Origin: an uncultured Pseudomonadales bacterium
GTDB taxonomy: Bacteria; Patescibacteriota; Microgenomatia; UBA1400; UBA1396
Assembly (NCBI GenBank): GCA_964511175.1
Contig: CAZEEI010000005.1
Coordinates: 3,416 to 67,415, forward strand
Direction of reading: 5' to 3'
DNA length: 64,000 bases
Shown here: positions 57,265-64,000 of the stretch, one piece after another
Numbering within the stretch: position 1 is the stretch's first letter
Layout of the letters: each line of letters opens with the position of its first letter
The notes under the pieces: generated by a model
What the model was told of the DNA's origin: nothing
Seen by the model: only the letters and a program-made list of their open reading frames with translations
Databases searched by the model: none
Position numbers and translations under genes: made by a program

Positions 57265-58296
57265 ATGCCGCTAGTCCTAGGTGTACTCATTTTTAGCTTC
57301 TGCGTCACTAGTGCGTTTATTGTGCCTTTCATTAATGCTCTTTATCACTTTAAGTTCCAGCGCCGGAAGCAAATGACCACCGACACTTTTGGCGAACGGG
57401 CCACTATCTTTGATACTTTTCACGCTCACAAGGCTGGTGTACCGGTGGGCGGTGGCATTTTGATTATTGCGGTGATTTTAAGTATTTTTGCCTTAATTTT
57501 TCCAGCTCTGCGCTGGCTGGGTATTAATGTTACTAATGTTTACCCTCTGAAGGCGGAAATTACGATTTTATTCTTCTCCTTTCTTTCGTTTGGTTCGATT
57601 GGTCTTTATGATGACATTAAGAAGTTCTTTGGTATTAAAAAATCCAAATTTTTCGGCTTACGGTGGCGGCATAAACTTTGGCTGCAGGTAGCCAGCGCCG
57701 CTGCCCTGGGATCCATGATGTACTTCTGGCTAGGCATCAACTTTATCCATATCCCATTCGTGGGACAGATTCAGCTTGGAGCCTGGTTTATTGCCTACGC
57801 CACTTTTGTGATTGTGGCCTTTGCTAACGCGGTCAATATTACCGATGGCCTGGATGGTCTGGCGGCTGGCGTGCTGCTGTTTTGTATGTTCGGTCTCTGG
57901 GTGCTGTCGGCCTCGATTCTGGATACAACTTTGTCGATTTTTGTCGCCCTAATTATTGGCTCGATTATCGCGTTTTTATACTTCAATATTTATCCAGCCC
58001 GATTATGGATGGGGGACGTGGGAGCGTTGGCGTTGGGCGCCAGTTTGGCGGTAATTGGTTTATTGCTAGGCAAAAGCATGGCGCTGGTAGTAATCGGCGG
58101 AATTTTTGTGGCCGAAATTGCGTCCAGTGCCGCACAGTTGCTATCCAAGCGTTTCCGTCACCGCAAGATTTTGCCGGTAGCCCCGCTTCATCTCTGGCTG
58201 CAATACGTCGGTTGGGAAGAACCTAAGATTGTGATGCGTGCCTGGGTAACCGGCATCATCTTGACTGCCATCGGCGTTTGGCTGGCCATGATTTAA
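57265..58296 (+). CDS. mraY: phospho-N-acetylmuramoyl-pentapeptide transferase
   Basis: NAVNITDGLDGLAAG signature; 10 TM. Confidence 0.9.
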   Translation: MPLVLGVLIFSFCVTSAFIVPFINALYHFKFQRRKQMTTDTFGERATIFDTFHAHKAGVPVGGGILIIAVILSIFALIFPALRWLGINVTNVYPLKAEITILFFSFLSFGSIGLYDDIKKFFGIKKSKFFGLRWRHKLWLQVASAAALGSMMYFWLGINFIHIPFVGQIQLGAWFIAYATFVIVAFANAVNITDGLDGLAAGVLLFCMFGLWVLSASILDTTLSIFVALIIGSIIAFLYFNIYPARLWMGDVGALALGASLAVIGLLLGKSMALVVIGGIFVAEIASSAAQLLSKRFRHRKILPVAPLHLWLQYVGWEEPKIVMRAWVTGIILTAIGVWLAMI

Positions 58297-58309
58297 GGAA
58301 AGGAAACTT

Positions 58310-58699
58310 ATGTCTGATAAAGAAAAAAAGGAAAAAGGTCGCCCCTTTTTATCTCTTAGTGTTAAGGAAAGTGTTTTGCTCCTTGATCCTCTAGGTAATG
58401 ATCTTCTTCAACTTACCGATTACGAAGTATATGGACGGTTGCTGCCGGAAACAATTGATTTCCTTAACCAAAAACGCCAACTTTATATTCGGCTCGCCCG
58501 CGCCATCAGAACAGTTAATCAGTTAACGATCGAGCAAAAACTGAGTATGGGTTTAGTCGATCTATTAACCGAAACTGAACTGGAGCGGATTACTGCGGCA
58601 ACACAGCCGGGAAAATTACAGCTAAACAACCGAAACTATGCTCTCTATGCTGAGTATTTTTTGGCACAGAAAAGAGCGGAGTACGAATCGCCGCGCTAG
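58310..58699 (+). CDS. hypothetical protein (129 aa)
   Basis: ATG with an AAGGAAAGGAAA SD. Confidence 0.5.
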   Translation: MSDKEKKEKGRPFLSLSVKESVLLLDPLGNDLLQLTDYEVYGRLLPETIDFLNQKRQLYIRLARAIRTVNQLTIEQKLSMGLVDLLTETELERITAATQPGKLQLNNRNYALYAEYFLAQKRAEYESPR

Positions 58700-58701
58700 T
58701 T

Positions 58702-60462
58702 TTATTTGACCGTAACGCTTTTGGCCAAATTCCGCGGCCGATCAGGATTATTGCCCCGTAAAATGGCCAGGTGGTAGGCCAGCAGCTGGCTGAAGAGCGC
58801 GGCGGCGGCGAGTTGAGCCAAAGGTTCTTCCGGCAAGATAATGGATCGGTCAAATACCGCATCCGATTGGGTTGCGATCCCCACGAGCCAGCCGCCGCGC
58901 GCTTTTAACTCCAGCGCCGTGGTTATCGTTTCCGTCTGCTGTTGAGCCGAACCAAATAACAAGCACGGCACTCCCGCCTCAATTAAGGCCAAAGTTCCGT
59001 GTTTTAACTCACCGGCTGCCATCGCTTCTGCGTGCAAATAACTAATCTCTTTAATCTTCAGAGCTGCTTCTAAGGCGATCGGTAAAAATGAACCACGCCC
59101 TAACAAAAAAAGATTAGGTTGATTGGTCAGTTCTTTGGCTAATTGTTCGATTTTACCCAGCCAAATTTGATCCCGTAGTAAGCTGTCCAATACCTCTGCT
59201 GCTGCTTCAACCGAACACTTTCCTGCGGAGAAGTGGCCGCTAATCATCTGGGATAACCAAAAAAGCAGAGCCATTTTAGCCATGAAGGCTTTAGTCGAAG
59301 CCACCGCTTTTTCCCGACCGGCCGCTAATTGTAATTTAAGGTCGGCCATCCGGTCTAAGGTTGACCAGGGGGAGTTGGTAATAGCGATCACCTTGGCGCC
59401 GCGCGCCTGCCACTGGATCAACGGCTCAACCACATCAATAGTTTCACCACTCTGAGAAAGTACAACTACTACTGTTCCCTCGGCGATGAAACGTGTGAAA
59501 GAAGACGCCTCACTCGCTAAAATCGTACGGGAAGCAATGCCTTGGGCTGCTAAAAATTGTTCACCAAGTAGAGCGGCGTGCCAGGCTGTTCCGCAAGCTA
59601 GGAAGTAAATTGCCGGTGCTTTGACTAGGCGATCAACTACCGGTTGCAGTTCTGTCTCAGCGCGCTGACTCAGACGATGAAGTACTGTCGGTTGTTGGTT
59701 AATTTCGCGCAACATTTGGTGGGGGAAACGACCATCATCTTGATCAATCGTATCGGCCGATATTTGACGCCATACCGGCATTATCACTTCTCCCGATTCT
59801 TGGTAAAACCAAGCTTGCTCGGCCGATAATTGAGCCAACTGGCCATCGGCTAGAAATAAGACTTGGTTAGTCAAACTGGCCAGCGCGGCGCCGTCAGAAG
59901 CCACTGCGTAACCATCGGCCAAACGACCTACGGCTAAAGGGGAACCGCGTCGCCCTAAAAATAGGCGCCGCGCGCGCAAGGCCAGCAGTACCACCGCATT
60001 CAAACCGGTCAACCGTGACCACGTCTGTTGCCAGGCTTGCCAAACATCCCCACACTGCTGGTAGTTGGCCACCATTAAGTGAACAATCACTTCGGAGTCG
60101 GTTTCGGAACGGAAACTGTATCCCTGATTTTGCAATTCCTCACGCAGCAACAAAAAGTTTTCAACAATACCGTTATGAACTACGGCAAATTGGCCGTCCG
60201 CACTCAAATGCGGATGGGCGTTAGCTACGGTTACGCCGCCGTGGGTAGCCCAACGGGTATGGCCGATACCCAATTGGGTAGGTTGCCAATGCAAAGATTC
60301 CACTTTAATCGGCCCCACTTCTTTGTGTGTCTCCAACCGACCATTTTGTTCGACAGTCACGCCCCAGGAGTCATAACCCCGGTACTCCAAATCCCGCAAT
60401 CCAGCCAAGATTTCGTCAGCGGGATGTTTTTTACTGGTCACTAAACCAAAGATGCCGCACAT
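58702..60462 (-). CDS. glmS: glutamine--fructose-6-phosphate aminotransferase
   Basis: MCGIFG N-terminal nucleophile; two SIS domains; 586 aa. Confidence 0.9.
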   Translation of the reverse strand: MCGIFGLVTSKKHPADEILAGLRDLEYRGYDSWGVTVEQNGRLETHKEVGPIKVESLHWQPTQLGIGHTRWATHGGVTVANAHPHLSADGQFAVVHNGIVENFLLLREELQNQGYSFRSETDSEVIVHLMVANYQQCGDVWQAWQQTWSRLTGLNAVVLLALRARRLFLGRRGSPLAVGRLADGYAVASDGAALASLTNQVLFLADGQLAQLSAEQAWFYQESGEVIMPVWRQISADTIDQDDGRFPHQMLREINQQPTVLHRLSQRAETELQPVVDRLVKAPAIYFLACGTAWHAALLGEQFLAAQGIASRTILASEASSFTRFIAEGTVVVVLSQSGETIDVVEPLIQWQARGAKVIAITNSPWSTLDRMADLKLQLAAGREKAVASTKAFMAKMALLFWLSQMISGHFSAGKCSVEAAAEVLDSLLRDQIWLGKIEQLAKELTNQPNLFLLGRGSFLPIALEAALKIKEISYLHAEAMAAGELKHGTLALIEAGVPCLLFGSAQQQTETITTALELKARGGWLVGIATQSDAVFDRSIILPEEPLAQLAAAALFSQLLAYHLAILRGNNPDRPRNLAKSVTVK

Positions 60463-60757
60463 GTCGACCTTTCTTTTTTCGCTTAATCAGAAAACCGAAG
60501 CAGTTGCTTCGGACAGTGTGATCAAAGACTTTGTTCCAGCGTTTACACGCTGGCTTTAATCCTGATCTCAGTTGGTGGACTGCCAACCACCAGAGGGTCT
60601 CCGCTGATGCTCGCTTTCGCCACGGAAAGCGGTCCGATCACGCTTTAGGGTGTAACCCTCCAGGCGTATCCCTCCTCCTCGTTACCCGCCAATTGGCGGG
60701 CCAGACGCTCGTCAAAAGTGTGATTTAGGGAGGCCTCCTTTCGCTATGATTGGTCTC
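60463..60757 (-). promoter_or_regulatory. long structured glmS 5' leader (candidate riboswitch / attenuator)
   Basis: Minus-strand promoter TGtgTATAAT at 60758-60767 gives a roughly 290-nt leader. The leader holds multiple GC hairpins (CCCGCC-AAUU-GGCGGG, CGCUUUC-N6-GAAAGCG, CCAGCG-UGUAAA-CGCUGG) and UAACGAGGAGGAGGG, which resembles the glmS-ribozyme GACGAGGAUGGAGG core. It ends in the terminator hairpin. Confidence 0.4.
60485..60512 (-). terminator. intrinsic terminator-like hairpin (CCGAAGC-AACU-GCUUCGG plus UUUUCUGAUU) inside the glmS 5' leader, about 25 nt before the SD
   Basis: 7-bp GC-rich stem followed by a U-tract on the minus strand, between the leader and the glmS RBS. This is the classic expression-platform position. 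Confidence 0.55.
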
Positions 60758-60797
60758 ATTATACACATTACCGACTTCTTTTTTGGCTGCTCAGTTT

Positions 60798-60817
60798 ATT
60801 TGTACATATGTACAAAT
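60798..60817. promoter_or_regulatory. 20-bp perfect palindrome ATTTGTACATATGTACAAAT (candidate operator), copy 2
   Basis: Identical to 40981-41000. It sits in the divergent region, about 30 bp upstream of the glmS leader -10 and 92 bp upstream of ORF 60909. Confidence 0.6.
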
Positions 60818-60908
60818 AAATCGAACATGCTGACGTAATAATTACGACCGATTTATATGCTAGTGAGTGTGTTAGAATAACCGAAAACTTATCGCTTGAA
60901 AGGAAAAT

Positions 60909-61289
60909 ATGGGTCGCACTCCTCATAGTAGTAGCCGTGAAAATGTAGAATCTACTCTTCAGGACAGTATGAACCTCCGGGATGCACTCTTGACTTTAGG
61001 CGCGGAGCAGCGCCTCCTTTCTATGCACCCTGTTCCTGAAGAAGCGGTGACAATGGCCATCCATCAAATTACTAGGAATAAAAATCGTTTACAGGCCATG
61101 GCCGATTTACAAATCCTTCATAACATTGCTACAAATCTCTTGCGAATGTTCGAAACCACCGAATATTTAAGTCTTTTCCCACATTATAATCGACTGTGGA
61201 ACATCATCAATGATGCTCGCGCTCTTACTCAACTAGGAGATGACTATCGCGTCGAATTGACGCGTCGTGGCGCTAAAAATCCGCGCTAA
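60909..61289 (+). CDS. small hypothetical protein (126 aa), paralog of the next gene
   Basis: ATG with an AAGGAA SD. Shares AMADLQILHNI...FPHYNRLWNII with the downstream protein's VMADLQTLQTHI...FDHYTDLWLIV. Confidence 0.5.
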   Translation: MGRTPHSSSRENVESTLQDSMNLRDALLTLGAEQRLLSMHPVPEEAVTMAIHQITRNKNRLQAMADLQILHNIATNLLRMFETTEYLSLFPHYNRLWNIINDARALTQLGDDYRVELTRRGAKNPR

Positions 61290-61355
61290 CACTTGACCAC
61301 TAGATGGTGTGTTTGTGTTAGAATGATCGACAAAGCCAAAGATTGGAGCTAAATT

Positions 61356-61685
61356 ATGGCGCGTATCCTAAATCAAGAAACTACCTTTTCGCCGGAAATT
61401 CTTGCGGGCTGGGGTATAAAACCGGAATCACTCAGTCATCCCATCACAACTGAGACTATTCAGCAAATTGTTGCGCGGATACGGCTACAACAAGACCCTG
61501 CTTGTGTTATGGCTGATTTACAAACTCTGCAGACTCATATCGAAAAGATAAAAGGTCGGTATGATGATGACGATGACGATGATGTTCGCCAAAAAATTTT
61601 TGATCACTACACCGATCTCTGGCTTATTGTTTTTGACACCATGGAAGCTTTGCAGGAAATCGAAACTCCTAATACTTTAAGATAA
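61356..61685 (+). CDS. small hypothetical protein (109 aa) with poly-Asp run, paralog of the previous gene
   Basis: ATG with a GGAG SD; DDDDDDD run. Confidence 0.5.
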   Translation: MARILNQETTFSPEILAGWGIKPESLSHPITTETIQQIVARIRLQQDPACVMADLQTLQTHIEKIKGRYDDDDDDDVRQKIFDHYTDLWLIVFDTMEALQEIETPNTLR

Positions 61686-61716
61686 GGACCAAAAACCAGC
61701 GTATACTGAGGCTGAG

Positions 61717-63054
61717 ATGACCGTCTGGGAGCGCTTTCAACAAGAAGTTAAGGGCAAACGTGTCCTAGTGTTCGGCTTGGGCATCCAGGGTGGGGGAGTA
61801 GCCGCAGCCAATACTCTCGTCCAGGCTGGCGCGGTGATGCGCGCTACTGATCAACAGCCGGCCAAACAACTAGGTGAAGCATTAACTCAACTGGATCACT
61901 CGATCGAAGGCACTTACGGCGAACACCGTAAGTCAGATATCGATTGGGCCGACATCGTCTTAAAAAATCCCGCTGTGCCATTTACCCATCCCTTAATCAA
62001 ACAGGCCCAAGCCGCTGGCAAATTAGTCTTAACTGAAACCGCTTGGGCTCTGCAGTACCTGCGCGACCAAACGATCGGCGTCACCGGTACCCGCGGCAAA
62101 ACCACCACCAGTCATTTGATTGCGGCCATCCTGACGGCCAGCGGCCAACCGACTTTACTGGGTGGCAACATTCCGCAGCAACCCGCTCTTTCCCTGTTGC
62201 CTAAAGTCACTGCTGACACTGCCGTTGTGCTGGAAATTTCTTCTTTTCATCTCGAATCAAGTGATCGGCAGCAAGTTTCGCCCCGCTACGCCGTTGTCAC
62301 CAACCTTTATCCTGACCACCTTAACCGCTATACTTCACTAACTGAATATGCGCAGGCTAAAGCGGCGATTTTTGCTTGGCAAAAAGCCGGAGATCACGCT
62401 TTTTACGGCAAACATCACCCTTGGTCGGACACCCTAGCAAAAGCCATTCAGCCAGGAGTGCAAGCTCATGTTTTAACCGCAGCCGATTTTGCCGCTGCCG
62501 CGTCTTATGACACTCACTTACCAGGCGAACATAATCGCGAAAATATGGCCTTTGCCATAGCGGTAACCCAAGCTTGGGGAATTGCTGAACCCTTGATTAG
62601 GGCGGCGATCGCTAATTTCACCGGCGTGCCGTTCCGTCTGCAAACGGTGGGTCGGGTAGGGAAAATTGAGTTCATTAACGACACTACTGCTACGACACCG
62701 GTTGCTTTGGAAAAAGCCCTGGACACCATGACCGAACCTTTTGTTCTCATCGTTGGTGGTGCCACTAAACATCTACCACTGGAAGCTAACTTGCTAACTA
62801 AATTGCGGGAAAAACCTAGTGCGATCATTTGGCTGGCCGGTTCGGGCACAGACGAACTACAGTCGGCTTTAGGATTAAATAACATCCGGGCAACCACAGC
62901 TCTGCCGCTGGCCGTCAGCCAAGCGTTAGAACAGGCTAAGCAAAATGGTGCCACTAAGATTCTCTTTTCGCCTGGTTTTACTTCTTTCGAATTCTTCCGT
63001 AACGAGTTTGACCGCGGCGAACAATTTAACCAAGCTGTACAGGCTTATACCTAA
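61717..63054 (+). CDS. murD: UDP-N-acetylmuramoylalanine--D-glutamate ligase
   Basis: Rossmann N-terminus VLVFGLGIQGGGVA, Mur ligase P-loop GVTGTRGKTTTSHL. Confidence 0.9.
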   Translation: MTVWERFQQEVKGKRVLVFGLGIQGGGVAAANTLVQAGAVMRATDQQPAKQLGEALTQLDHSIEGTYGEHRKSDIDWADIVLKNPAVPFTHPLIKQAQAAGKLVLTETAWALQYLRDQTIGVTGTRGKTTTSHLIAAILTASGQPTLLGGNIPQQPALSLLPKVTADTAVVLEISSFHLESSDRQQVSPRYAVVTNLYPDHLNRYTSLTEYAQAKAAIFAWQKAGDHAFYGKHHPWSDTLAKAIQPGVQAHVLTAADFAAAASYDTHLPGEHNRENMAFAIAVTQAWGIAEPLIRAAIANFTGVPFRLQTVGRVGKIEFINDTTATTPVALEKALDTMTEPFVLIVGGATKHLPLEANLLTKLREKPSAIIWLAGSGTDELQSALGLNNIRATTALPLAVSQALEQAKQNGATKILFSPGFTSFEFFRNEFDRGEQFNQAVQAYT

Positions 63055-63057
63055 ACC

Positions 63058-64000
63058 ATGATGAAAATCGGCACCGGCTGGCTCCAACCCTGGCGTTTTT
63101 TTGGCCTAGTGATGGCCATTTCCTTTTTTGGGCTGGTGTTAATCTACGATGTTTCAGTGGCCGAAAGTCTGCAGACTTTCGGCCACCCCTGGTATTTCGC
63201 CGCCCGCCACTTGGCTTGGATTGGCATTGGAGCAGTGGCCTTTCTCTTGGCCAGTTACGTTAAACCAGAATTATGGCAGAAAACAGCTGGGCTGGTTTTT
63301 CTGGGAGCGGTAGGACTCCTCATTGCCGTTCTTATTCCCGGCATCGGCCAGCGGGTGCAAGGCGCCCAGCGCTGGATTGTCATTGGCGGACACGTTCTCC
63401 AACCGTCTGAATTTGCCAAACTTGGCTTAGTTTTATTCTTCTCCTCTTGGTTGTCTAAACACCAGCGTTTTGTTCCCTTCCTGGTCTTTACCGGCTTACT
63501 GTTCGGTTTAATCCTCCTGCAACCTAACTTAAGCACGGCCTGTATTGTGGCTACCTTGGCCGCTACTTTGTACTTTCTGGGTGGTGGTAACCTCAAACCA
63601 CTGCTAGTATTTGGTTTGGTGGGAGTAGTGCTCTTAGCTGTTTTGATTTTGACAGTTCCGTACCGTCGACAACGCCTAACCACTTTCCTCAACCCAGCTA
63701 GTGATCCCCTGGGCAAGTCCTACCATATCCGCCAAATTACGATTGCTTTGGGCCGCGGTGGCCTCCTGGGGCAGGGGATTGGTTTATCTAAACAAAAACA
63801 GCAGTATATCCCCGAGGTTGCCAGCGATTCTATTTTTGCCATTTATGCGGAAGAGACAGGCTTTATTGGCTCAGTGGCTCTGATTGGCCTCTATGTTTGG
63901 CTGATCAATTTGGGCTATACCACGGCTAGTCAACAACCCACGCGTTTCCGCTCTTTGGTAGCCAGCGGCATTACCAGCTGGCTGACCCTGCACTTTATTT
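63058..64000 (+). CDS. ftsW: FtsW/RodA (SEDS family) peptidoglycan glycosyltransferase, partial (continues beyond window end)
   Basis: Manual translation MMKIGTGWLQPW...GAQRWIVIGGHVLQPSEFAKLGLVLFF shows the SEDS signature. Not in the ORF track because it has no stop in the window. Confidence 0.8.
   Translation, partial: MMKIGTGWLQPWRFFGLVMAISFFGLVLIYDVSVAESLQTFGHPWYFAARHLAWIGIGAVAFLLASYVKPELWQKTAGLVFLGAVGLLIAVLIPGIGQRVQGAQRWIVIGGHVLQPSEFAKLGLVLFFSSWLSKHQRFVPFLVFTGLLFGLILLQPNLSTACIVATLAATLYFLGGGNLKPLLVFGLVGVVLLAVLILTVPYRRQRLTTFLNPASDPLGKSYHIRQITIALGRGGLLGQGIGLSKQKQQYIPEVASDSIFAIYAEETGFIGSVALIGLYVWLINLGYTTASQQPTRFRSLVASGITSWLTLHFI

Noticed and set aside
60531-60728. 65-aa plus-strand ORF
   Set aside because: It lies antisense within the highly structured glmS leader, and its GC-rich repetitive coding is unconvincing. 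The region is treated as non-coding regulatory RNA.
60463-60757. Calling the glmS leader a bona fide glmS ribozyme
   Set aside because: Only a partial match to the core was found by eye, and a terminator hairpin is not a glmS-ribozyme feature. It is reported as a candidate regulatory RNA only.
1-64000. CRISPR arrays, rRNA genes, transposases or integrases
   Set aside because: No short regularly spaced direct repeats, no rRNA-like conserved stretches, and no recognisable transposase or integrase ORFs were seen in this window.

Overview
This 64 kb window looks like a small-genome (Patescibacteria/CPR-like) chromosome segment of about 50% GC. The GC estimate and phylum call are by eye and are inferences.

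Describe. Core housekeeping genes dominate. They include the infC-rpmI-rplT operon (infC appears to start at an in-frame AUU), pheST, a class A PBP, recG, rpmF-nusB-ACP-like-rnc-rpsP-KH, sufC/sufB/sufD-like, serS, pyrG, rplS, yraN, yidC, and a dcw fragment (mraY ... murD-ftsW) interrupted by a divergent glmS. One complete type IV pilus locus sits on the minus strand from 26197 to 38933. It runs pilB-pilT-pilC-pilA-pilD, a PKD-domain membrane protein, three tandem major-pilin paralogs, four minor or pseudopilins, then pilMNO. A tRNA-Val(GAC) lies at 504-576. Start coordinates were re-derived where the supplied ORF begins at TTG or GTG.

Hunt. The strongest candidates are:
1. A TIR-domain gene, truncated by the window edge and in AT-rich DNA, next to tRNA-Val. 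It looks like the edge of a defence island.
2. A 20-bp perfect palindrome, ATTTGTACATATGTACAAAT, present twice about 20 kb apart. One copy overlaps the promoter of a vapBC-like PIN cassette. The other sits in the divergent region between glmS and two paralogous small genes. It is a candidate operator of one regulon with a GTAC-N4-GTAC core.
3. A glmS leader of about 290 nt ending in an intrinsic terminator, which suggests a riboswitch or attenuator.
4. A candidate T-box leader upstream of serS.
5. An amino-acid-modifying cluster unusual for a reduced genome: group II PLP decarboxylase, an enolase-superfamily racemase or epimerase, an unknown 318-aa protein, a class I/II aminotransferase and an M20 hydrolase.
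6. A roughly 30% GC two-gene island between pyrG and rplS.
7. An ACP-like protein lacking the phosphopantetheine-attachment serine.

No rRNA genes, CRISPR arrays or transposases were recognised.
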